Notes under the pieces: model-generated
Told to the model about the DNA's origin: nothing
Database searches by the model: none
The model's input: the letters and a program-made list of their open reading frames with translations, nothing else
Made by a program: the position numbers and the translations under genes
Source: Candidatus Omnitrophica bacterium UBA6210
GTDB taxonomy: Bacteria > Omnitrophota > Gorgyraeia > Velamenicoccales > Velamenicoccaceae
Length of the DNA: 64,000 bases
Assembly: GCA_002421805.1 (NCBI GenBank)
Contig: DISM01000006.1
Location: forward strand, 199,182 to 263,181
Reading direction: 5' to 3'
Shown: in pieces, positions 9,372-20,606 of the stretch
How the letters are laid out: every line of letters begins with the position of its first letter
How positions within the stretch are numbered: position 1 is the first letter of the stretch

Positions 9372-9959
9372 ATGTCAAAGATCCCGAGAAAATTAGGCGA
9401 TCTCCTTGTTGAAAACGGTTTATTGACCGAAAGCCAGCTTCTGGAAGCCCTCGAGACCCAGAGGCGCGAGAAAAAGCTTCTGGGCGAGATCATCGTCGAT
9501 CTTGGTTTTACGACAAAAGAGAAGCTTGACAGCACGCTGGCCCGCCAGTATGGGTCCCGCCTGGGCGAGTTTTTGATCGGCCGGAGGTTGATCAGTTTCG
9601 ACCAGCTTCAGTCGGCCATGGATGAGCAGAGGAATTCGATGAAATCCCTGGGGGAGATCCTGATCGATAAGGGCTATATTGCCGAGGCGGACCTGATGGA
9701 AGGACTTTCTCTGCAGCATAATCTGCCGTATGTGCGCCTGGCGGAGCAGGATATCAATCCCGAGGCTGTGTCGTGCGTCCCGATGGACGCTTTGAAAAAA
9801 TATTGCGTGTTCCCGATCCGGGTGGAGGATAATATGCTCGTCGTGGCCACGGCCAACCCGGAAGATTTTATCGCAGAGTCTGACCTGAAATTCCTCTCCG
9901 GCATGTATATCAAGTTTGTGCTGTCTTCAAAGTCCGAGATCCTTTCCTTCCTTGAATAA
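9372..9959 (+). CDS. stand-alone T2SSE_N/MshEN-type domain protein with a duplicated 24-aa motif pair
   Basis: First pair: RKLGDLLVENGLLTESQLLEALETQ-RREKK-LLGEIIVDLGFTTKEKLDSTLARQ. Second pair: RLGEFLIGRRLISFDQLQSAMDEQ-RNSMK-SLGEILIDKGYIAEADLMEGLSLQ. These are followed by an LPYVRL... subdomain. The gene starts 6 nt after the ATPase stop. Confidence 0.8.
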   Translation: MSKIPRKLGDLLVENGLLTESQLLEALETQRREKKLLGEIIVDLGFTTKEKLDSTLARQYGSRLGEFLIGRRLISFDQLQSAMDEQRNSMKSLGEILIDKGYIAEADLMEGLSLQHNLPYVRLAEQDINPEAVSCVPMDALKKYCVFPIRVEDNMLVVATANPEDFIAESDLKFLSGMYIKFVLSSKSEILSFLE

Positions 9960-10041
9960 GCTTTTTGTCGGCGGAAGTATCTAGCGACAAACCCTCTCAA
10001 GCGAACGAATCAATTCCCAAGATACAAAATAGTGTTTGTGC

Positions 10042-10626
10042 TTAGGTTTTCAGTCTGACTTGTTCCACGACTGAATAGGCAGGGCCTTTGGGGCTTAGAA
10101 TACTCTCAAACAGGGTGATATTGTCCAGGATAAAGGCCGGATGTTCCATGACTGTCTGGAATTTCTGGGTAGCCTGGATCAGACCCAGGCGGTTGCGGGA
10201 GGAACGGAGTCTGGCCAGGGTGATATGGGCTTTAAAGGGTCTGTTTTCTTGCGCGAATCCGGCGGATGAAAGAGAGTCTTCCAGTTCCTGAGTGATGCGT
10301 TGCAGATGTTTTTCTTTGTCGGCAAGCGATACCCATAAGACCCGCGGCGCTGCAAGAGAAGGAAAACCTCCGAATGCCTCCAGGGATGTGGGCAGGGCGC
10401 GTGCGCGATCTGCGGCGGCCGTCATGGCCTTGCGGATCTCCGGGATTGCCTCTTGTGGGGTTGAGCCAAGGAATTTTAAGGTCAGGTGGATATTTTTAGG
10501 CTCTACCCATTTGGCATCTGCGCCTGTTCGTCGAAGCGTCTCGACGGCTGCGCCGAGGTATTCTCTGATGTCCTGCGGTAGTTCGACAGCGACAAAGAGG
10601 CGTTTGGTATTATTTAACTGAGGCAT
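10042..10626 (-). CDS. thpR: RNA 2',3'-cyclic phosphodiesterase / 2'-5' RNA ligase family (ThpR/LigT)
   Basis: Two HxT motifs (HLTLKFLG and HITLARL) in a roughly 190-aa protein. Confidence 0.85.
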   Translation of the reverse strand: MPQLNNTKRLFVAVELPQDIREYLGAAVETLRRTGADAKWVEPKNIHLTLKFLGSTPQEAIPEIRKAMTAAADRARALPTSLEAFGGFPSLAAPRVLWVSLADKEKHLQRITQELEDSLSSAGFAQENRPFKAHITLARLRSSRNRLGLIQATQKFQTVMEHPAFILDNITLFESILSPKGPAYSVVEQVRLKT

Positions 10627-11093
10627 TCTTTCAGAAGTTCGAGCGCGGCGTTTTTGGCAAGTTTTTTGATCTTAAGACGGTTGCCGTTGAACTGGTATTT
10701 TTTGAAATATGTGCGGTGGCCCAGGCTGACAGAGATGAAAACCGTACCGACGGGTTTTGCCGTTGATCCTCCCGAGGGGCCGGCGATGCCCGTAACGGCA
10801 AGGCCGATGTGGGCGCCGAAGAGATGGCGGACGTTCTGGGCCATGGCCATGGCCGTCTGACGCGAAACAGCGCCGAATTTTCTGATCGTCTCGCGATCGA
10901 TCCCCAGGACCCCGATCTTGGCTTCGTTGGCATAGGCTACGATACCGGCGAGGAAGTAATCGGAACTGCCCGGGATGTCCGTGAGCCTGGAAGCGATCAG
11001 GCCTCCTGTGCAGGATTCGGCCACGGCGAGGGTCAGATGTTTGTGTCGCAGGATTCCGGCAACAGTCTTTTCGATCATGGCAGTATTATACAC
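10614..11093 (-). CDS. pncC: CinA C-terminal domain protein (nicotinamide-nucleotide amidohydrolase PncC type)
   Basis: LAVAESCTGGLIA...GIAGPSGG signature of the CinA_C domain. 159 aa. Confidence 0.8.
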   Translation of the reverse strand: MYNTAMIEKTVAGILRHKHLTLAVAESCTGGLIASRLTDIPGSSDYFLAGIVAYANEAKIGVLGIDRETIRKFGAVSRQTAMAMAQNVRHLFGAHIGLAVTGIAGPSGGSTAKPVGTVFISVSLGHRTYFKKYQFNGNRLKIKKLAKNAALELLKECLS

Positions 11094-11106
11094 CGAAACG
11101 AACTGC

Positions 11107-11134
11107 TTGACAATTTGGCATAAGATGATATATT
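11107..11134 (+). promoter_or_regulatory. sigma70-type promoter of the riboflavin operon
   Basis: TTGACA (11107-11112), 16-nt spacer, TATATT (11129-11134). It lies just upstream of riboswitch stem P1. Confidence 0.55.
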
Positions 11135-11142
11135 TATAAAAC

Positions 11143-11294
11143 GATCTTCGGGATAGCCCGCTATAGAGACACCGGCGGGCACGGGTGAAAGTCCCGGCTG
11201 GCAGTGAAAGCCTGCGAGCCTGCCGCTAAAACTGCGGTGAGGCAGACCAAGCGAGATTCTTGGGCCAATAGTAAAGCCTAGACGAGAGAAGATC
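11143..11294 (+). promoter_or_regulatory. FMN riboswitch (RFN element)
   Basis: P1 is gatcttc (11143-11149) paired with gaagatc (11288-11294). Core blocks are GGGUGAAAGUCCC, GGCAGUGAAAGCCUGCGAGCC and AGUAAAGCCUAGACGAGAGAAG. It lies upstream of ribBA. Confidence 0.8.
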
Positions 11295-11326
11295 AGGACA
11301 ACCGGCTGTATGGTATTGTCATCTAT

Positions 11327-11357
11327 CCCGAAGTCTGTTTTTGGCTTCGGGTTTTTT
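11327..11357 (+). terminator. intrinsic terminator (riboswitch expression platform)
   Basis: Hairpin cccgaag-tctgtttttgg-cttcggg followed by TTTTTT. It lies 15 nt upstream of the ribBA ATG. Confidence 0.7.
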
Positions 11358-11372
11358 ATTGGAGAGGGACAG

Positions 11373-12596
11373 ATGGGTTTGAATTCTATTGAAGAGATTT
11401 TAAGGGACCTCAAAGAAGGAAAGATGGTCATTGTGGTCGATGACGAAGACCGCGAGAACGAGGGCGATTTGGTCATGGCCGCGGAGTTTACGAAGCCAGC
11501 GCACATTAATTTCATGACCAAGCACGGCCGCGGGTTGGTGTGCGTGACCATGGAAGAAGAGCGGCTGAATGAGCTTGAGATTTTTCCGATGGTCTTCGCG
11601 AAGGGGGCGGCGCCCCAGCGTGATCCTTACGCGACGGCATGGATGGTTTCCGTTGACGCAAGGGAAGGCGTGACCACAGGCATTTCCGCGCATGACCGTG
11701 CCCATACGATCGCCAGGCTTATTGCATCTGAAGCCAGGCCTTCGGATTTTATCAGGCCGGGGCATCTTTTTCCTTTGCGCGCGCGCGCAGGCGGTGTCCT
11801 GGTCCGCGCCGGCCACACGGAGGCTTCTGTCGACCTGACCAAGCTGGCGGGGTTGTATCCGGCCGGCGTCATCTGCGAGATCATGAATGAGGACGGCACC
11901 ATGGCGCGGCTGCCGGACCTCATGGCATTTTCAAAGAAACACAGCCTGAAGATCTGTTCGATCGAGAATTTGATCGAATACCGGCGCAAGAAAGAAGTCC
12001 TCATCAAGAAGATTGCCGCGACGAAGCTCCCGACGTCTTACGGCCTGTTCCAAATGATCCTTTATGAATCCCTGTTGGACCGGACGCATCACTTGGCCCT
12101 GTGTATGGGGCTGGAGGGCGGCCTGAAACCGGATGATGCGGCGGTCCTCGTGCGGGTGCACTCGGAATGCTTGACCGGCGACGTTTTCGGCTCTTTACGC
12201 TGCGACTGCGGGGCGCAGCTCAAAAAAGCGATGCAGCTCGTTTCGGCGGAGAAGAGGGGTATTATCCTGTATATGAAACAGGAAGGCCGCGGCATTGGCC
12301 TGGCCAATAAATTAAAAGCCTATGCGCTTCAGGACAGCGGGTTGGATACGGTGGAAGCCAACGAGGCCCTCGGGTTTGCGCCCGATCTGCGCGATTACGG
12401 GATCGGAGCCCAGATCCTTTCGGACTTGGGTGCCAGAAAAATCCGGCTGTTGACGAATAATCCACGCAAGATCGTCGGCCTGGAGGGATACGGCCTTCAT
12501 ATTGTCGAGCGGATGCCGATCCATACGGAGCGGTCCGAAGCGAATAAAAAATATCTCGAGACAAAAAAGGAAAAACTGGGGCACTGGTTAGATTAA
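11373..12596 (+). CDS. ribBA: bifunctional 3,4-dihydroxy-2-butanone-4-phosphate synthase / GTP cyclohydrolase II
   Basis: DHBPS half ([14 protein letters not shown]) and GCH-II half ([20 protein letters not shown]). The start is moved to the Met at 11373, after the terminator and the GGAGAGGG RBS. The ORF-track start at 11310 spans the terminator. Confidence 0.95.
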   Translation: MGLNSIEEILRDLKEGKMVIVVDDEDRENEGDLVMAAEFTKPAHINFMTKHGRGLVCVTMEEERLNELEIFPMVFAKGAAPQRDPYATAWMVSVDAREGVTTGISAHDRAHTIARLIASEARPSDFIRPGHLFPLRARAGGVLVRAGHTEASVDLTKLAGLYPAGVICEIMNEDGTMARLPDLMAFSKKHSLKICSIENLIEYRRKKEVLIKKIAATKLPTSYGLFQMILYESLLDRTHHLALCMGLEGGLKPDDAAVLVRVHSECLTGDVFGSLRCDCGAQLKKAMQLVSAEKRGIILYMKQEGRGIGLANKLKAYALQDSGLDTVEANEALGFAPDLRDYGIGAQILSDLGARKIRLLTNNPRKIVGLEGYGLHIVERMPIHTERSEANKKYLETKKEKLGHWLD

Positions 12597-12697
12597 TCCA
12601 CAAAGGATAGGCCTCCGCAATACCGTATAGCGGAGGGCCTGATCTCGTCTCCGGCGAGGAGTAAGGTTGGAGCAAGACTAAAGAAAGAGAGGTAAAT

Positions 12698-13162
12698 ATG
12701 TACAAAGTGAATGAAGGGGGTTTGGTGGTCAAAGCCAAGAAGTTCAGCATCGTGGTTTCTCGTTTCAATGATTTTGTGACGAAGGCGCTTCTGGAGGGGT
12801 GTTGTGATACCCTCAAAAGGCATGGCGCCAAAGAAACGGATGTCGAGATCACCTGGGTGCCGGGCGCTTTTGAGATCCCGACAGTCGCCATGCACGTGGC
12901 CAAATCAAAGAAGTTCGATGCCGTTGTCTGCCTGGGGACGGTCATCCGCGGGGATACGCCGCACTTCGATTTTATCGCTTCCGAGGCCGCCAAAGGTATC
13001 GCATCGGTCTCCATGCAGACGGGAGTCCCCGTCATCTTCGGTGTCATCACCGCCGATACGATGGAGCAGGCGATCGAGCGCGCCGGCACCAAGGGGGGCA
13101 ACAAGGGCAAGGACGCGGCATTAAATGCTATTGAAATGGTGAATCTGCTGGATATAATATAG
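12698..13162 (+). CDS. ribH: 6,7-dimethyl-8-ribityllumazine synthase
   Basis: 154 aa with a typical RibH sequence (VSRFN...VPGAFEIP...GTVIRG.TPHFD). Confidence 0.95.
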   Translation: MYKVNEGGLVVKAKKFSIVVSRFNDFVTKALLEGCCDTLKRHGAKETDVEITWVPGAFEIPTVAMHVAKSKKFDAVVCLGTVIRGDTPHFDFIASEAAKGIASVSMQTGVPVIFGVITADTMEQAIERAGTKGGNKGKDAALNAIEMVNLLDII

Positions 13163-13202
13163 ACATCACTTTGGCGGATTTTTTCGAGGAGTTATTCTTC
13201 CG

Positions 13203-13631
13203 ATGCGCAAGCGCACAAAAGCCAGGGAGTTGGTGCTGCAACTCTTGTACCAGGCCGACGTCAGCGGTGTGACCGTTACCGATCTGGCGGATGATTTTTT
13301 TACTATGAATGCAGCAGACGAGGACCCTTCTGTCAAGACGTTCGCCGCGTCCCTGAGCCGCGATATCAGCTCTCATTTGGCCGAACTGGACGGCAAGATC
13401 TCGGAATGCGCCACCAACTGGCAGATCGAGCGCATGGCGACCGTCGACAGGAATGTCCTGCGGCTGGCGACTTTTGAGCTGCTCTTCAGGCCCGATATCC
13501 CTCCCAAAGTGGCCATCAATGAAGCGGTCGATCTTGCCAAGAAGTTCGGAGACCTGGAATCCGGAAAATTCGTCAACGGCATCCTGGACAAGATCAACAA
13601 GACCAAAGGGGCCGCTGCGCCCGAAAAATAA
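13203..13631 (+). CDS. nusB: transcription antitermination factor NusB
   Basis: 142 aa, RKARELVLQLLYQ...DRNVLRLATFELLF. The ribH-nusB pair is conserved. Confidence 0.9.
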   Translation: MRKRTKARELVLQLLYQADVSGVTVTDLADDFFTMNAADEDPSVKTFAASLSRDISSHLAELDGKISECATNWQIERMATVDRNVLRLATFELLFRPDIPPKVAINEAVDLAKKFGDLESGKFVNGILDKINKTKGAAAPEK

Positions 13632-13687
13632 AAGCGTCAATCCCCGTCCGGTTCTTTGAGGCTGGGCCTTCCTCAAACCATGGTTTC

Positions 13688-14515
13688 ATGATGAGATTTG
13701 CCGATCTTCACATCCACACCCATTTTTCAGACGGTACGTATTCTCCCGAGCGGCTTGTCGAAGAAGCCATTGGGGCGGATCTCTCCTGTATTGCCATTAC
13801 CGACCATGATAATATATCAGGCATCGCGCCGGCGATCCGGGCAGCCGGGGACCGGCTGGAAGTCCTTTCCGGCATCGAGATGACGGCGGAACGTGACGGT
13901 GTTGAGATCCATATCTTGGGTTATCTGATCGACGATACGCACAAGCCGTTTTTGGCGATGCTCAAAAAGATGCAGGAGGTGCGGGTCCGCCGCATCCATG
14001 AGATGTGCCGTAAACTTGAACGTTTGCATATGCCCGTGGATCCCCAGGAGATCTTTGATCTGGCGGAGCCGGGGAGTGTGGGGCGCCTGCATGTGGCCCG
14101 TGTGCTCGTCAATAAAGGGTATGTGGCGACGACGGGCGAGGCTTTTGTGAGATTCATCGGCGACAAAGGGCCGGCTTATGTGGCGAAGTTCAAGATGACG
14201 CCCAAAGAGGCCATTCAATGGATCAGGCGCGTGGGGGGCATTCCGGTCTTGGCCCATCCGTATCTTTTGCCGTCCGGCATTGTTATCGAAGATTTTGTCA
14301 AAGACGGGATCATGGGGATCGAGGCTTACTATTCGGAGCATACCGAATCACAGAAGAACGATTTCGAGAAGATGGCGGACAAGTTCGGCCTTCTGGTGAC
14401 CGGAGGGTCGGATTGCCACGGGGAGGCCAAGAATGAAGCCAAGATCGGCCGTGTGCATCTTCCGTATGTTTACGTGGAAAGACTAAAAGAGGCCCGATGC
14501 AGACTCAAGTCCTGA
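13688..14515 (+). CDS. PHP-domain phosphoesterase (TrpH/YciV-like)
   Basis: N-terminal ADLHIHTHFSDG...ITDHD metal-binding motifs and a C-terminal GGSDCHG. Its last 19 nt overlap the ribD start. Confidence 0.8.
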   Translation: MMRFADLHIHTHFSDGTYSPERLVEEAIGADLSCIAITDHDNISGIAPAIRAAGDRLEVLSGIEMTAERDGVEIHILGYLIDDTHKPFLAMLKKMQEVRVRRIHEMCRKLERLHMPVDPQEIFDLAEPGSVGRLHVARVLVNKGYVATTGEAFVRFIGDKGPAYVAKFKMTPKEAIQWIRRVGGIPVLAHPYLLPSGIVIEDFVKDGIMGIEAYYSEHTESQKNDFEKMADKFGLLVTGGSDCHGEAKNEAKIGRVHLPYVYVERLKEARCRLKS

Positions 14516-15585
14516 ACGCTTATATGCGCCGGGCGCTGGAGCTTGCGGCCCGCGCCAGAGGAAAGACATTTCCGAATCCTCTTGTGGGCGCCGTGGTTGT
14601 TAAAAACGGCCATGTCATCGGCGAGGGGTTCCATCATAAGGCCGGAGCCCCGCATGCCGAGGTCCTGGCACTCAAAGAAGCTGCGGGGAGGGCGCGTGGC
14701 GCCGCGTTATTCTGTACCTTTGAGCCCTGTTTTCATTTCGGCCGGACAGCCCCTTGCGTCGACGCGGTTATTTCTTCGGGTATCCGGGAGGTTTATATCG
14801 GCTCGAAGGATCCTAATCCGTTGACCTGCGGTAAAAGCATCCGTCTATTGCGCCGGCGGGGCATTCACGTGACCGTCGGGGTCCTTGAAAAAGAGGTCGT
14901 TCGCCTGAACGAACCTTTTTTCTGCGCCATGCGTCGCCAGCGGCCGCTCGTGACCCTGAAAGTCGCGGCATCTCTTGACGGCAAGATCGCCACTCGAAAC
15001 GGCCTTTCGAAATGGATCACCTCTTCAGCGGCGCGCCGCCATGCGCACAACATGAGAAAATATTACGATGCCATTATGGTCGGCATCGGCACGGTTTTAA
15101 AAGATGACCCAGGACTTGAGGTCGGCGGAAGCCACCGTCTCGCCAAGGTTATCGCAGATTCTTCTTTAAGACTGTCGTTGTCTGCCCGGCTGCTTAAGAC
15201 GCGCCAGCCTGTGGTCGTTGCGACAGTCGCGCACAACAAGGCCAAAGAGAAAATGCTTGCGGCGCGCGGCGTCATCATCCTCCATATAAAAAGAAGCAGC
15301 GGAGGCATCGATCTGGCTGATCTTTTGAGGCAGTTGCATGCGATGGGGGTCCGCAATCTTCTTGTTGAAGGCGGAGCGGTTTTGACAGGCGCCTTCCTGG
15401 ATGCGCGGCTCGCGGATAAGATCGTGTTCTACATGGCGCCTTTGATCATCGGCGGCCGTCAGGCTTTGGGGGCCCTGGGAGGCCGCGGGGTGGATACGCC
15501 GCAGAAGGCCGTGGGCCTTAAGAGGATGACCATGGAACGGATCGGCAGGGATTTTTTAATCGAAGGTGAATTGGTCTATTCTTGA
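14497..15585 (+). CDS. ribD: bifunctional diaminohydroxyphosphoribosylaminopyrimidine deaminase / 5-amino-6-(5-phosphoribosylamino)uracil reductase
   Basis: Deaminase motifs HAEV...PCxxxGRTAPC, followed by a reductase half (LLVEGG). Confidence 0.93.
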   Translation: MQTQVLNAYMRRALELAARARGKTFPNPLVGAVVVKNGHVIGEGFHHKAGAPHAEVLALKEAAGRARGAALFCTFEPCFHFGRTAPCVDAVISSGIREVYIGSKDPNPLTCGKSIRLLRRRGIHVTVGVLEKEVVRLNEPFFCAMRRQRPLVTLKVAASLDGKIATRNGLSKWITSSAARRHAHNMRKYYDAIMVGIGTVLKDDPGLEVGGSHRLAKVIADSSLRLSLSARLLKTRQPVVVATVAHNKAKEKMLAARGVIILHIKRSSGGIDLADLLRQLHAMGVRNLLVEGGAVLTGAFLDARLADKIVFYMAPLIIGGRQALGALGGRGVDTPQKAVGLKRMTMERIGRDFLIEGELVYS

Positions 15586-15594
15586 AGGGTTTCT

Positions 15595-16188
15595 ATGTTT
15601 ACAGGGATCATAGAAGAGATCGGGACCATAGCTTCCGTCCAGAAGAAAGGCGGATGCATCCGCCTGGCTGTCGAGGCCGCGCGGGTCTCCGAGGGCACTA
15701 AAATGGGGGACAGCGTGAGCGTTGACGGTGTCTGCCTGACTGTCGTCGAGGCAGGGCCTGGCAGGCTTGTTTTTGATGTTGTGCCGCAGACCATCGGCCT
15801 TTCGACGCTGAAAGCCGCCAGGCGCGGGGCACGCGTGAATTGCGAACGCGCCATGAAAGCCCAGGACAGGATCGGAGGTCACATTGTCAGCGGCCACGTG
15901 GATGGCGTCGGTGTGATCAGGTCTAGAAGGATGACGGCGGGGCAGAAGACCCTCTGGATTGCGGTTTCTCCTTCGTTGTTGAAATATATCTTCCTGAGGG
16001 GTTCTGTTGCCGTTGATGGCGTCAGCCTGACCGTCTCCGGCAGGAGGGGAGGGTGTTTTTCCGTCTCTCTTATCCCGCATACGGCTGTGGCGACGACCCT
16101 GGGCGGCAAGACATCGGGCTCTCAGGTTAACATCGAGGTCGATATGATAGCCAGGATGAGCCTTGATAGCGCCCAAAAAGGGTCTTAG
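15595..16188 (+). CDS. ribE: riboflavin synthase alpha chain
   Basis: MFTGIIEEIG N-terminus and a duplicated lumazine-binding repeat (SVDGVCLTV and AVDGVSLTV). Confidence 0.93.
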   Translation: MFTGIIEEIGTIASVQKKGGCIRLAVEAARVSEGTKMGDSVSVDGVCLTVVEAGPGRLVFDVVPQTIGLSTLKAARRGARVNCERAMKAQDRIGGHIVSGHVDGVGVIRSRRMTAGQKTLWIAVSPSLLKYIFLRGSVAVDGVSLTVSGRRGGCFSVSLIPHTAVATTLGGKTSGSQVNIEVDMIARMSLDSAQKGS

Positions 16189-16207
16189 GATATGCGTCTT
16201 TCCGCCA

Positions 16208-16236
16208 TTGTCAGCGACCAGCCTTTGTGTTAAAAT
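16208..16236 (+). promoter_or_regulatory. sigma70-type promoter upstream of tRNA-Pro
   Basis: TTGTCA (16208-16213), 17-nt spacer, TAAAAT (16231-16236), with a TG at -15/-14 (extended -10). Confidence 0.5.
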
Positions 16237-16313
16237 ATTTTGATTTCTTACGCAGAAAGGCATTTTGTCCTTCGGGCTCAATGCCGATTTGCAGATTTTA
16301 GAGTGACAGCAAT

Positions 16314-16391
16314 CGGGGAGTAGCGCAGCTTGGCTAGCGCGTTTGGTTCGGGACCAAAAGGTCGTGGGTTCAAATCCCACCTCCCCGACCA
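16314..16391 (+). tRNA. tRNA-Pro (anticodon CGG), CCA encoded
   Basis: Hand-folded cloverleaf. Acceptor CGGGGAG/CTCCCCG, D stem GCGC/GCGC, anticodon stem TTTGG/CCAAA with loop TTCGGGA, T arm GTGGG-TTCAAAT-CCCAC, then discriminator A and CCA. Confidence 0.9.
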
Positions 16392-16419
16392 ATTTTTCCG
16401 ACAAGAAAAAATTGGTCGG
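16385..16419 (+). terminator. 13-bp hairpin that uses the tRNA 3' end (possible terminator or processing structure)
   Basis: ccgaccaattttt (16385-16397) pairs with aaaaattggtcgg (16407-16419). No T-tract follows the stem. Confidence 0.35.
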
Positions 16420-16485
16420 AGTACTTGAGCGAACGTAAAACGGCCCGACAAGGGCCGCAGTGAGCGAAAGTGCGCGACCACCTTA

Positions 16486-16770
16486 ATGTTCTCCGACATG
16501 ACAAAGCGGCTGCATATCATATTCCGCGGCCAGGTCCAGGGGGTTGGTTTTCGCTATACAGCCAGGTCCCTGGCACAGCCATCGCACATCACCGGCTGGG
16601 TCAAGAATTTAAGCTCCGGTGATGTAGAGATCGTCGCCGAAGCGGACGAAGAGCTGCTGAGGGAATTCCAGAGTCACGTTGAGGATCATCTTTCCGGCTA
16701 TATATCCGATAAGACAATTGATTGGCAGTCTGCCACGGGCGAGTTCAAGACCTTTGAGATCAGATTTTAA
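16486..16770 (+). CDS. acyP: acylphosphatase
   Basis: 94 aa with the signature GQVQGVGFRYT...GWVKN. Confidence 0.85.
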   Translation: MFSDMTKRLHIIFRGQVQGVGFRYTARSLAQPSHITGWVKNLSSGDVEIVAEADEELLREFQSHVEDHLSGYISDKTIDWQSATGEFKTFEIRF

Positions 16771-16773
16771 GAT

Positions 16774-20021
<3,248 letters not shown>

Positions 20022-20025
<4 letters not shown>

Positions 20026-20606
20026 AAATTTTCTCTGTCGTTGTCGGAGAACTGAAGACGAATTGTTACATTGTTGCCAGCAGTCAGCGCCGCGCCTTTG
20101 TGATCGATCCCGGTGATGATGCCGAAAAGATCAGGCGTTGCCTTGATGATAACGGTCTTGAGGCCCGTTTCATCGTTAACACTCACGGCCATATCGACCA
20201 CATCAAGGCGGACACCGTCCTGGGGCTGCCTGTCTATATTTATGAAGAAGACCGGGATATGGTGTCGGATCCGGCAAAAAATATGATGACGGTTTTTTAC
20301 GGCACATTCGAGCCTGTTGTGCCGGCGCGCCTCTTGCGCGATGGGGACGGCGTGACTTTGGATGAATTGACATTCAGCGTGATACACACGCCGGGGCACA
20401 CGCGGGGGTCTATGTGTCTTTTCGGGCATGGTGTCCTGTTTTCCGGGGATACGCTTTTTCGTAACGGCATCGGAAGGACGGATTACCCCGGGGCGAGCGC
20501 TCACAAGATCGAGGAATCCCTTAAACGCCTGGCCGGGCTTGCGGCCGAGACGATCGTTTATCCAGGCCATGGCCCGCAGACGACCATCGGCCGCGAACTC
20601 GGGTGA
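20022..20606 (+). CDS. MBL-fold metallo-hydrolase (glyoxalase II-like)
   Basis: HGHIDH motif, and HTPGHT further downstream. Confidence 0.85.

Noticed and set aside
11310-11372. The ORF-track start of ribBA at 11310
   Set aside because: This 21-codon extension would be translated through the riboswitch terminator hairpin and T-run. The Met at 11373 has a GGAGAGGG RBS and matches typical RibB N-termini.
15556-16404. A 282-aa - strand ORF spanning ribE, the spacer and tRNA-Pro
   Set aside because: It runs antisense through a tRNA gene and a conserved rib gene, and has low-complexity composition. It is not credible as a gene.
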